The notes under the pieces: model-generated | What the model was told of the DNA's origin: nothing | Databases searched by the model: none | The model's input: the letters and a program-made list of their open reading frames with translations, nothing else | Position numbers and translations under genes: made by a program | NCBI GenBank assembly: GCA_000320545.1 | Contig: ADNK01002373.1 | Coordinates: 1-64,000, forward strand | DNA from: Bigelowiella natans CCMP2755 | Taxonomy: Eukaryota > Protista > Cercozoa | Reading direction: 5' to 3' | Length of the DNA stretch: 64,000 nucleotides | Part shown: positions 1 through 17,125 of the stretch, piece after piece | How positions within the stretch are numbered: the stretch's first letter is position 1 | Layout: the number at the start of each line of letters is the position of its first letter

Positions 1-148
1 GACCCCCCCCCCCCCCACACGCACTCACCACCCTCCCCCTCACTCCGCCATAGGTGGTGGCCCATACCAAATCGTTGTAGTAGTAGTAGTAGTAGTAGTT
101 GTTGTTGTATACTACAGAATATTGGAGATGTGTAGGTACGTAGCACAT

Positions 149-188
<40 letters not shown>

Positions 189-295
189 ACGTGTGTGTTT
201 ATTGTCCGCCTTCTTATCCTGCTCCTCCTCTTCCTCTTCCTCTTCCTCCTCTTTGTGCACCCCCCTCCCCCCTCCTCTACCTTCACAATAAAATA

Positions 296-746
296 GATCT
301 TGCAAAGGACCCATCTTTACAGTATTGCGATCAGCTTGGTAATGTGTATGTTGTATGGTTTATTCAACACAGTTGTTCTTGTTATCTGCATTCATGATAC
401 GTCGTTTGGGTGATGATGGTGACGACGATGATGATGATAACATTCAAGTAGTAGTGCTCATCATCATCATTTGTACGATGATTATTTATTTTGTTTGTCC
501 GTCGTAATATTATTTGCACAAGGCTGTGAGCAAAGGGCAAAGCGAGTCCTACATCATGAAGATCTTCAAAATGAGTGCTGATCACAAAAGGGTGGGTACT
601 GCTGCTGGTAGCATTATTATTATTGTAGTTATAATAAATAGTAGTAGTACATTTAGCTTGTATGATAGATAGGTGGATGAAAAGAAGAAGAAGAAGAAAA
701 TGGAACTACCACCAGCAGCAGCAGCAGCAGATGATCATAATCATCC

Positions 747-782
<36 letters not shown>

Positions 783-1647
783 TTAACGTATTATTTCTAC
801 TGTGTTTTATCTTAGGATAAGGGTGATTATGCTGGAGCAATGGCGGATTATCTTAAAACAATAGGTTAGAAGAATACTATTTTCTTCTTGTTGTTGTTAT
901 TGTGGGTACATCGTCCTCCTCCCCATCGTCGTCGTCGTCTTCTTCTTCTTCTTTGTTTTACGTTTCCTCCTTGTTATCTATCCATTGGTTGTGCAATATC
1001 AATAAGTATATTAGTTATTGTTGATGTAGAGGGTCGGTGTGCTTACAACACGTGTTTCTTGTTTACTAATAGTTCACGTAGTAGTAGTAGTAATGGTAGT
1101 AGATGGTGGTAGAATTTCTTCCACATAGTCATCTTCAAAAACTATGATGATTGTTTCTTCTCCCCTTCCTTCCTTCTTTCATGATCTAGGCCATGTAGAG
1201 CCATCGTACGTGATTAGGCAGTTCCTAGATGCTCAGGTACTCATACAACACTACTACTACCTACTACTGCTACTACTACAACTACAACTACTTGTGACAT
1301 CATCACCATCATGATTACTTGTTGTTATTTATGTCAGCGCATCGTACATCTGGCGTCCTACCTTGAGGTACAAACACCACCACAAGTAGTACTAGTAGTA
1401 GTAGTAGTAGTACCAGCAGCAGCAGTCTGTGCCTGCACCACGCTGTACTAAATGAATTCCACTGTCCTTCTTTCTTCTTAGGCTCTGCACGACAGGGGCT
1501 TGGCGAATAAGGTAGTATGATGATGATGATGATGATGTGGTGGTGTTGGTAGCGATAGTGAAAAACGGTAGCAGCATGCATCATCACCATCATCAAAATG
1601 CCATTGCTCTGCACCGCTGTATTGCAGTACCTATTGTAGTTGTAGTT

Positions 1648-1681
<34 letters not shown>

Positions 1682-1926
1682 CAGTAGTGACACCACTTCT
1701 AAGCACGTTTTCTGTCATTATTGTCATCATCATCATCGTTATCATGATCGTTGTCCTCTGTAGGATCACACAACATTGCTATTAAAGTGCTACACCAAGT
1801 TGAAGGTGGTTCTTGTTGTTTTTGTTGTTCATGCATTCTAGTCACAGTTTCTACTGACATAATCGTCGTCGTTGTCGTTGTCTCTCTTTTCATTCGTTGG
1901 GTTTATGTGTGAGGTGCTCCTTGTTT

Positions 1927-1964
<38 letters not shown>

Positions 1965-2341
1965 CGCTTTTCATCATTTCCTCTTTCCGCTGGTCAGATT
2001 CCCGAGAAACTCGATAAGTTTCTGCAAGGTGTTTTGTCAGTAGCCATGATGATGACGAGGAGAAAGAGACGGGGGGGGGAGGGGGGGGGGGGGGAACAGA
2101 GAGGGAGGAGTAAGAGAATGATGTTGATCGATTCACTACTACTAGTTACATTCGTTTGTTTGCTCATCTCTCTCTTTCTGCTTGCCAGTGATGATCGTCG
2201 TCTTTGTGATAATACTCATCGTCAATGACTTGACACAGCACTCACCCTGCTAACATCATCATATACTTACATTGCCATTCAGAAGCTGAAAAGAAGACAG
2301 CAAGCAGGGCAGCTTCATCGTCATCAAGTGAGTAAGAAGGA

Positions 2342-2375
<34 letters not shown>

Positions 2376-2989
2376 GCGATGTCCATCAATCACCTTTATC
2401 ATTAGTTGTTACTTAATACAAATTTATGCATGCTCAAGTAGGTCCTGCTGCTGGTGGTGGTGGTGGTGGTGGTGGTGCTGATCATCCTGTTGAATCTGCA
2501 AGCTTTGATGTCGAAGCTGCTATAGAAGTGTGCTTTAAAGCAGGGTCAGTGAGTGAGTGAGAAGGAGTAGTAGTAGTCTGGAAGAAGAAGAAGAAGATGA
2601 AGAAGAAGAAGAAGAGAGGACAGAGATAGATTAAGATACTCAGGGGTGGGAGAACAGCAGCCAGCAGAGGAAAGGGGAGAGCTTACTTCACAACTTTGCC
2701 TTTACCATCATCATCTTCTTCATCATTATTATCATCATAACAGGCACTATGAGCAAGCTCGATCGTTGGCCAAAAGATGGCAGTATCATGCTTGGTACTT
2801 ACGAGTCAGTTTGGAAAAGCTGAGCTCTCCATCAGATGCGCTTGTTTACATCTCTACGCTGCCTCCATCGCTACAGGTACTACTACTACTAGCACTATTA
2901 CTACTAGTTGGTGGTGGTAAGGGTTGTAAGTTTATTATTATTGTTAGTAGTAGTATTCGTAGTAATATTTGTGTCGTCAGATAGATAGC

Positions 2990-3021
<32 letters not shown>

Positions 3022-3719
3022 CTACCATCATCAGCATCATCATCACCATCGTCATGATCATCATTATCATTAAATATCATCATGATTATCTAATCAATAA
3101 CAATAAAATAGAGCGAATTTCTGGGTAAGTATGGCAAGACTTTGATAGAGGAAGATGCTAAAACTACAACCAGACTACTTTCAAATATTTGTGGCAAAAA
3201 GGTGAGATGTGATAGGATGCGGAGAGAAGTAAGCCTATTGAATATGGGACTTATGATGATGATGATGATGATGATGACGATGATGATGATGATGATGACG
3301 ATGATGATGATGCGTGTTGGTTGTTGATTCTCGGTATTTCTCATTGTTTCAATAATCATATTGAGTAGACTGAGAGGAAACTACGTCCAAAAGCTGACAA
3401 GTTTCTGCACATTTTCCTTGGAGAACCCAGGTAGTAGTTGATGGTAGTAGTAGTAGGCAGGTATTGTAGTCATCATCATCATCGTTTCAACTGAACCACC
3501 ACACGTCGTGTACCTCATCATCAGACGATTCTTGGATTTTCTCAAAAAAGTTGTTGAGGAGGTGACAATCAATAATAGAAGTGCTTCTTGTTTTTCTCTT
3601 AATTTTTCCTCCTCCCTATTGCCGCATTGATGAAAGAGTGGATGATATCATGATGATAATGATGATGAGAATGATTGTGTGTGTGTGTGTGTGTGTGTAA
3701 TATGGGCTTATTAATTTCA

Positions 3720-3759
<40 letters not shown>

Positions 3760-4479
3760 ACTGTAGGTCCCGAATCAAAGCGCTGTAGTTTACAATACGT
3801 TGTTGGATCTATATCTCACTGTGCACCTATATGATGATGATCATCATCCTTCTTCTTCCTCCTCCAAGCATCGCGTCGAGGTTGGCGATCAAGGTCTTGA
3901 TTCAGAAAAATCATCATCACCGTCTTCTATATTATGATCATCATCATCATTATCATCTATTATCATCATCATATTACTTACATCTCCAGCAGACCCTCTT
4001 CGTAAAGGGGTGGTAGCAAAAGCAGGCAAACACGATGACACTAAGCTTACTCCACAACAGGTGTAGTAGTAGTGCAATAACATCTTATGGTTGTGCTAAA
4101 TTTCTAATAGCCCATGTATTATGTCAACATCATCACCATCATCATCATCATCATCATCATCCTAATCATGCGTCTAGATCGAAGAAAGAGAGGCAAATTT
4201 CCAGAAAGCTATGCTGGTGAACAACATCTATCATCCCTGTTATCATCATCATCAACAATAGCATAATCGCTCTTTCCTTTGCAATATGCTGCTGATGATG
4301 ATGATGACTCATTTTCATATTCGTGATCATTGTGTAAGATGTGTGTTGTAATATATGTATGTTGGTGTTTAGTTGCTGAAAAGTCAACAGGCGTGTTACG
4401 ACGTCAACCAAGCTCTCGTATCAGCAAAAATACACAAGTTTGAGAAAGGTGTGTGCCTACTGCAGTGGGATGTAAATAG

Positions 4480-4525
<46 letters not shown>

Positions 4526-6486
4526 GCTTTATTACAAGCACCTGCTTATCGCTACTATTATCATCATCATCATCAGCAGCAGCAGCAGCAGCATAACACT
4601 CTCGATATTACGTGTGCATGTTGTTGATGGATGATGATGTATACGTGTGCATGCTGTCACATTCCTTTGGTAAATTGTTACGTAATGTTGTTGTCTTTGC
4701 TTTTGCTTTTGTCAACGAAAAGGAATGATCTATTTGTACGAAAAACTGCGTTTGTTCGGTAAGAAATGGGTTGTTTGTGGTCGTGATGATGATGATGATA
4801 CAGCATAGTTAATTTAGTACTATCCCTTCTTATGGGTTGTTGATATACAAATAATGTGGGAATGTGTTACTAGTTGTTGATGGATGATGATGTATACCAC
4901 ATGTATGAATATGAATCCAATCAGGTGAAATACTGCAGTATTACATGGAGACTGGCAATCACAAGCGTTTAATACGTGCTTGTGTAAATCATGGAACCAC
5001 AGACCCTGATCTATGGGTTCAGGTAAATGTCATTACTATTACTACTACTAGTAGTAGATGCTGCTGATGATGATGAAGAAGAAGAAGAAGAAGAAAACAC
5101 GGAAATATTAGCAAAGGCAAGAGCAAGTATTTTGCTTAGGAGAAGAGGAAGTTGTTGTCCTTTCTTCCTCGCTCCCCTTTCAAGAAGCTTAGTCGTATAT
5201 TCATTCTTATTGATAAATGACCCCCCCCCTTCTCTCTTTCTCTCTTTCTCTCGTTATGCACAACCAGGCACTGAAGTACTTCGCTGAGCATGAAGATCCC
5301 TGTGAGGTAGAGAGTGCAGATTCTGCTGCTGCTATTGCTACTGTGTGAGAGAGAATTACTACTTACTACTACTAGAAGTAGCAGTCTTTGCTACTGCTGC
5401 TGTACATAGGCACTGATGATACTCTCCTCCATATGCTCTTACTATTATTAACAAATGACATTTTGAATATTGCTTCAGGACGAGATCGCACAGGTAACAT
5501 ACGAAGAAAGCAGTCAGTAATTTTGTCTTATTGCGTTGATAGAAATGAGAGAAAAAATAATAGAAACAGCATGAAAACATGATGAATGGCCAATATTGGG
5601 GAGAATGAGATGAAGATAGAGATTGCAATGCAAGGGGGGGGGGGATCTAGATACTTATCTAGTATGTATGAGGAAAATGACGATGAAGAAGAGAGACTTA
5701 TCTATTATGTGTGAGGAATTAGATACTTTTCAAACCAAACATTTCTTTATCCAGGTGCGGTCCACTAGTGCTACTATATCATGATCTTTCTTCTTCTTTT
5801 TCTTCTTCTCACATTATTGTCATTATACATTTGTTTATAATGTTGTTGTTGTTCAGGTTCTAGAGCACATCGAGGATCCCAAGATACAGCTAGCCCCTCT
5901 GATGGTTGTACTCTCTTGTACTGCTGCTGCTGCTGCTGCTGATGCTTGAAACAAGGACTGCTACGTACATAATACACGATGCTATTAAAACACACACACA
6001 CACATATATATTTATGTGTGTGTGTGTGTGTGTGTATTACTCTAATGACTACTATTATCGCAATGATGACTGACTGACCTGCTTCTAGGTGCTTCAAATC
6101 TTGTCGTCACACGCAAAGAAACCCTTCGGTGTAATCAAAGACTACGTGATCCGCATATTGCAGGTTTTTAATTACTACTTGACATCATATTGGCATATTG
6201 ATTTGAACATGCCAATATTCTTCATCGTTTTTTCCTTCATAGCCATATTATCATCATCATCATTATCATCATTATCATTCCCCACCGCGTTCTTAACCAA
6301 AGTTGCCACTGACTACTATTACTACTATTACTTTTAACTACTTCAATAGAGAGAAAAGGACCAGATCGAAGAGGATGAGAAGGCTATTGAAAAATTCCAA
6401 CATGAAACATCAACAATGCGAAAAGAGGTGCTGTTCACACTAAGCGGCATGCTGTTTTTGATGTCAGGAGGCACAAATGGAAGATT

Positions 6487-6520
<34 letters not shown>

Positions 6521-6594
6521 CGTTGATGATGATGATAATCGGATTCATAGTTGTCCGTAATTTTGAAGTAAATTCTCATAATGTTATTTTACTA

Positions 6595-6628
<34 letters not shown>

Positions 6629-6982
6629 GTACTACTACGACTAGAACCAATGTTCCTATTCCTAGTAAATTAAAGTATCAAAAGTTGATTATTGGCAGCC
6701 ACTCACAAATAGTTTAGTCTGTAGTTGTTGTCCTCTCCTCATCGTATTTTTCTTGTCACCAGATCGAAGATTTGACAACAAAGCCGACGACATTCATGCC
6801 ATCGCGAGATCTGATGCTTCCTGCTGTTCACTTCCTATGCAAGCATTCGTACCACGAGCAGGTAATTAAGTGCGTCAGTGCGTGCATGCGTGTGAGAGAG
6901 AGAGGCGCATACTTAGTAGTGATAGAAATGGTAGTATTAGTAGTAGTAGCTATGATGCAAATCATAGCGTTGTTTACCCCAT

Positions 6983-7015
<33 letters not shown>

Positions 7016-7042
7016 CATACTTGAGGATGATGATTATGACGA

Positions 7043-7075
<33 letters not shown>

Positions 7076-7493
7076 AGTGCTGCTACATAGTCAGTGCTAC
7101 TTATCCTGCTGTCCTCATGGGCCCTTTCTTGCTGCTTCGATGTCCTTGCGTCGTTCTATCTGTTACTGTGTGCTTTCAGGTGATTGGAAGCCGTGAATGT
7201 CCTAAGTGTGCCCCTGAGTATCGTTCAGTCATGGAGATTAAGGTGATAATCATGATAATAATAATAATGATGATGATGATAATGGTAGTGGTGGTGGTGG
7301 TGGTCACGTGTACGTGGTCTCTTCCGGGGTTTCACAGATAAACATTGACACTGATCATTTGGCATAATGTTTTGTTGTTGTATCGATCAGGAACAAGTGC
7401 GACAAAGCGCTTCGCAGCATGAGCTATTCTTCAAGATGCTGGTATGGAACCAATCACTGTTATTCTGATAGAATAATATATATAATAATAATT

Positions 7494-7545
<52 letters not shown>

Positions 7546-7691
7546 TATTATATACATATATTGTGGTAATCATCGTCGTTGTTCTGCTGGTTTGTTTCAC
7601 ATAATAATAGGAGGGTTCCAATGACGGTTTTGGTGTAGTGGCAGAATACTTTGGGCGAGGAATCTTAGATTTCGAAAAGAGCGAAGATTAG
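296..7691 (+). CDS. VPS11: Vacuolar protein sorting 11 (HOPS/CORVET subunit), multi-exon; 5' part lies outside the window
   Basis: More than 20 small GT-AG exons splice to typical Vps11 motifs: DKGDYAGAMADYLKTIGHVEPSYVIRQFLDAQRIVHLASYLEALHDRGLANKDHTTLLLKCYTKLK, FDVEAAIEVC, KYGKTL, VYNTLLDLYL, LPAVHFLCKHSYH..ECPKC, HELFFKMLEGSNDGFGVVAEYFGRG. Stop TAG at 7689-7691. Confidence 0.93.
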
Positions 7692-8034
7692 TAATTTCTT
7701 TACCACGAGTTGGTTCTCAATAAAAGTATGCATAGATGGCAGGGTAGTTGCATACAAGTTTCTCCCACCATACTGCGTGAATGTCGACTAATGATGTACA
7801 TGCCAATACATGTGATCTGGATGTTGTAAAACTGTGTCTAGTGCGTACACAAAGTAGTCCTCGCTGTATGCTAGTACGTACCACACGCGGAGCGTCGCAG
7901 TGCACTGAAGCACCAGACTCATGAACATTAGTGTTGTTGCTAGACATACCATCATTGTTTGGCTGTGCATCATTGCGAAGATAACAAGCCATGAATTTTT
8001 CATGAGATTCGAACGTTCAAAATGAAGCGTACGC

Positions 8035-9645
8035 GGCGGATCGACAACGACGACACATTGCAGACCGCGGGCACAAACATGCAACAAACACGACAGGCCA
8101 GTGCGTAGCTCGATCATGGATCGGACAAAGTTGTGCATCATGACCCATGCTCATCACAGACAAAGTCACATCGTGTGTGTGATGTGTGTGCATTGCATGT
8201 CTAGCTAGCATTCTCTAGATTCTGCTAGCATCATTTGGCTAGCGCAGCGCAATGACTCAGATGCGTGCGCGGCACATGCTAGCGCTAGCTAGCATGCCTG
8301 CGTGGTGCGTGGGTGTGTCTGAAGTGCATGCCAAGATCTGGAGATGTGGCACACCATGGCACACATGCCATCCTGGCATGCGCTAGTGCGCTAGACGATC
8401 TAGATGCTGGCGCATCTGGAGCATGCTGGCATGGCATGAGCATGCACACTTGCATCGTGCGTGTGTGCACGTTGCAAACGATGTCAGGTGTGTCCAAAGT
8501 CAAACACAGCTAGCCAGCTGGTCAACCAGACAATGCAGCATCGCTGGATCGTGTGCGCATCAGGTCGCGATTGATCAAAGAGGAAGTCCCTTCCAGAATC
8601 GAACTGCGACGAATCACTGCGATGGGTCCTTCCCTTCATTCGCCCATCCTCTGGTCGCCAAAATGAACGAAGAATCAATCAGTTCCAGTGCAAGTTGCAG
8701 CTGAGAGGATCACCAGTTGGGGAGTGGTCCATGGCTAGATGGGTCCTCAATTGGCGGCCCATGACCTTGAATTCCCCTGGTCCTCAATGCGCCCCAGACA
8801 CCATGTGGAGATCGCAGAACATTGAACATTGAACATTGAAGAAGCATTGATGCAAACCACACGAGCAAGAACCACATGAGAGACATCAATGAACAATGAA
8901 CAATGAACATTGATGAAAAACTGCACCTCCAAAGTGTGACATGACACTTGCAAAGTGCGAAATGCAGTGCCTCGAACTGGCTTCAGTGAGGACTGACTAG
9001 CAAGCTAGCGGGGATCGTGCAAAATGGCACGAACCAAACATTGAATGCATCATCACTGACAGCTACGACCAAGGCATCAACAACAATGAACAATGATGAT
9101 GAACAATGAACAATGAACAATGAAGAAAGCGTTGATCAAAACTGCGTGCGCCAGAACCACATGGGAGACAGGCATTTGCACGCAGCAGAGCCTCAACAAC
9201 ACTCGTTGCAAGGACTTGACAAAAAATCAGCCGCATCCCATGAAATTGGCATGGATGCCGATTGATGGTGCCGTTGAGATGTGAATTGATTGGAACTAAA
9301 ACTGGCATCTTGGATGCCGAACAGCAGCAAAATTGTCAAGCAGGACAATGGTTCGACGGAAAGCCCTGTCGATTTCTTTGTCAGTCGAAGGGACACCAGA
9401 TGTGGCCCCCAAAGCAAGGCAGAACTTGTCATGGGAAGACATGGCTGAGAAAGCACGCAACGTGACCACATCATCATTGGCATCAGGTTGATGACGAGAC
9501 ACCAGGTGACGAATCCTGGTCCAAAAACGGTCTCTGATGTCGCACGTTCCTTGGCAGGAGAACAAAAGGTGCATCAGGGAACTACATTTCCAAAGTGTTG
9601 CAAGACTCTGATGTGCTTTTTGGCAGCAATCTAATGGGTGAAAAT
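8035..9645. other. TpA-depleted, TpG/CpA-rich intergenic block (decayed element or silent DNA)
   Basis: Hand count gives about 20 TA in 1.6 kb, about 15 of them in CTAG and the rest in CTAN or NTAG. Contains internal 7-mer tandem repeats and Tyr-poor, His/Cys-rich ORFs. Confidence 0.85.
8818..9170 (+). repeat. Two imperfect ~70-bp direct repeats built on (AACAATG/AACATTG)n heptamers
   Basis: 8818-8885 and ~9102-9170 share (aacaWtg)3-aagaa..gcRttgat..aaac..gc.agaaccacatgRgagaca. Extra heptamers at 8888-8911 and 9082-9100. Confidence 0.75.
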
Positions 9646-9768
9646 TGTACAAATTCCATTGGATTTCTCACCTACGACAAGCTCGTGTTTTAAGACTTTA
9701 ACAAGAAAATCCTAGTAGCGCTACTAGTCTATCTACCACTACTCTTTGGATCATTTCGTATCGCAAGG

Positions 9769-13615
<3,847 letters not shown>

Positions 13616-13688
13616 ACGTAAGCTGTTAATTCCATAGTTAAAGAGTAGTAGTGGTGGTACTAGCAGTTTGTAGCAGTAGCACAAACGT

Positions 13689-13722
<34 letters not shown>

Positions 13723-14647
13723 CAGTACGGATACCGTACGCATGCATGGCTAGATGGGCTATTATTAGTAGTACAAAGAACGAAACCCCCTACTATCTTA
13801 CACCCAGCTCACTGCTGTATAGCTGTGCTACTATTGTCATCTTAATAGATATGAGACGGATGTAATGATATGATTAAATCTTTTTAATTGTCATCCTAAT
13901 GTACAGCTCTAAGATATGGGTGCATGGTTTTGTACGCAGCAATACACAACCCTTCCATGCTATACATGGTGCGTCTAAAAAAGTACAAATTAGTAACGTC
14001 AGACATTTTAGGCAGTGCATGCATGCATGTGCCGAACTAGCTAGCTAGGGCAGCAGTAGTACGCATTATCACAGTATTATGCGATTGCCGTCAATAGAGC
14101 TGCTGCTGCTGATGTGTGAAGTAGTGTCCTAGCGTCCTAGCGCAGCTACGTACGGATCTTGATGATGCTCCGATCGATTGCATTGCAAACTGCATGAATA
14201 AAGTGAGAATAATGCTAATTTTCATACTGAGCCTCGTATATTACAGAAGCAAGAACATAGATGTACGCAGCAGGTATAGATGCAATGGCATATATCCAGA
14301 TCGACGGATGTGTGCTATACCACGTGCGTCTACAAGACGTATATGCATGATGCGTACGTACCATGTGACTTTGTTGAATGGAGAGTTTGCGATTTGTTTC
14401 ATAATAACGTTGCAATGAACACAAAGTAGGCAGTGGCAATCAACACAGTAGCAGAATATCATTTCCCGGCTACTGCTTTCCTTCATTCCTAGATCTCCAC
14501 ACCTTCTGGACCTTATTTGTTGGTTCCGGAGACGTCATTCTTAGAACAATCTAGAATCCTCTTCTGCATTACCGCAGCAGCCAAATTGTGTTGATCATCA
14601 TTAGCTATCTTGAGATCTTCTTCTTCCTCGCAGTTGCGCCCACCATC

Positions 14648-15973
14648 TTAGGATATTGACCTATCATCATCACACTTTTTCCGTCGCTGGATATCCTGTA
14701 TGAGTAATATCAAAGTTTTAAAAAACAGGAGCAGACATCAGCATCAAATTAGCAGTTTACTACAATCTTACTACAACTATAACTACTACAGCCTGTTGTA
14801 TTCTTGCATCATCATTCATTTGTTTATATTGTAAGAGACTCATACACATTTATTGATGAGAATGAGGGTGATGATGATGATAGCGCGGAATGAAAAGTCA
14901 GGTTCCCCTTGTTAACAGCATCGTGATGGACTCAAGTCAATGAACGAATTATTGCATCATCATCATCATCATGATAATCATCATCGTGACCGCGGCTAGT
15001 CGTAGAGAGCTGATCCAGACATGCTTGCTTGCTTCAGAATCAGCGGAGATGTACAAGATGACATCATTAGAGGAGTTACTGGAAATCACGTGCTTTATGT
15101 CATCGTCTCCCCTCATTTCTGCTACTATACGTCGTTGATCCCTCCCCGCTTCCATTCCCCAGCTCATCGAGAAGCAGAATCTCTGTAGTAAGTAAAGGTG
15201 AGAAGACGACACAAAGAAGATAATAATACTAATTAGCATCAACCAAAGGATTACACCCCCCCTGCCCTCTCTCTCTTATCTTGAAACACATTTGTAATCT
15301 CGTCAATATGTTTTAGTGTCTTCTTCTTTTTCATTTTCTCATTTTTACATGTTGCGGCAGTTGTTCTTACCTGCTCAGAGTCAGCAGCAGCATTGATTTT
15401 GCAGTTGAGTAGTGAAATCTTTCGCGGCTCGCTCATAAATGACGACGGTGTTGACAATGATGGCGATGATGACGATGCAGTAGACTTGGGGGAATAACGT
15501 ATAATACTAGCACGCTGCTGGTTCTGTGATGGTGGTTGGCGTTTATTCGTTGGAGTTGTATGATCCACTCTTTCTTTACGTGTATTGATAGGGTGATCTT
15601 GATGGTGATGGTGATGAGAGAGTGACACATAAAAGTCATGTCCTTTCAGCTGAAACCATCGAAGGGAGTAACTAGCTTGGCACTCTTTCTCGAATATGTT
15701 ACTAGCTTGTGGTGATGATGATGATGATGATGATGACCCCTTCTGCCCGCTGCAAATACTACTACTGCTGCTAGAACCAGCATTGCCTTTAGGAGGAACT
15801 ACAACTGGCTTAGAAGACCATACCTGTTGTGCGGTATATGGTGATGATAATGATGATGATGATGATGATGATGATGGTGACGATGGTGATGACAACGATG
15901 GTTTGATGATGACAACGACGGTGTGATAGTTGTTATCGGACGATTATCATGTGACATGCACAAGCATCATCAC

Positions 15974-16009
<36 letters not shown>

Positions 16010-16232
16010 TGCTATCACGACCTTAAGATAGCCCTTTACGCTCTGCGACATTGGGATGACGAGCTCATCAGCTTGCTCTGTCTGGAGCTGCTGCTGCTGC
16101 TGCTGCTTCTGCTGCTTTTGATGCAACAAGTTTATTTTGCCCCCCTCGATCTTATCTCGCTGTGTCTGTACTTTGACACTGTTTTCCTCTTTCTCTTCCC
16201 ATCCCCCTTTTCTCTCCGTATCATTATTATCC

Positions 16233-16267
<35 letters not shown>

Positions 16268-17007
16268 CGGACTCTCCCCATGTTGTTGCTGTTGTTGTTG
16301 TATACGATCTTGCTGCTTTTGATAAATATTTTGTGCTTGCAATCGACTGCTGGCATAAGCGTCAATGCCGTTATCATCCCCCGTTCTTTCACTGTTGAAT
16401 AACTTAGAATGGCCTACTCGAGAATTGTGGGAGGAGGGAGAAATCTTTGCTTCTTCATCTGATTGAGAACGACGGCTACTGTTAACCGCCTTGGCCTCAT
16501 TAGTAACAGGAAGTAATGATAAAGTGGGGCTGGGGGTGGAAGATGGAGGAGGAGGAGGAGGAAGAAGCTTACTACTACTACAACTGTTGCTGCTTCTATC
16601 TTGTTCTTCTTCAAATTTTTCTTCCTCCCTAACAGGAGTAGGTTGCTGAGTCATCCACTTGACTAGTTGTCCAAACCATTTCTTGCTGCTGCTACTGCTT
16701 CTGCTGCTTTGTTGTTGCTGCTGCTTCTTCCGTTTGCTCATAAGTGAACGTGATGACGAGGTATGAGGAGCTTCTTGATGCTCCTGTTCCCGCTTATTCT
16801 TATCATTCCTCTTCTCATGCTGCACAACTGCTGCTGGTGCTGCTGGTGGTGATGCTACGTTGCCATTGTTCTTGATCCCATCTTGACTACTTTCGCAACC
16901 ACCATTTTGAGTAGAGCTTCTTCCTTTAAAAAGGAGGTTTGCCATACCCATACTTTGCAGAAATGACTTCTTCTTCTTACTCTTCCCTGCGCCACGAAAG
17001 TTCGTAG

Positions 17008-17042
<35 letters not shown>

Positions 17043-17094
17043 AATGAGTATGGCGCTGAATGAAGAGGAGACAGCCCAATTCCTGAGACAGACG

Positions 17095-17125
<31 letters not shown>

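Noticed and set aside
8818-9170. CRISPR-like repeat array
   Set aside because: Only two degenerate copies plus heptamer tandem repeats, with no regular repeat-spacer period and no cas genes, in a eukaryotic context.
8035-9645. Classical RIP or CpG-methylation decay as the cause of the TG/CA excess
   Set aside because: RIP raises TpA and 5mC decay removes CpG. Here TpA is missing and CpG remains common.
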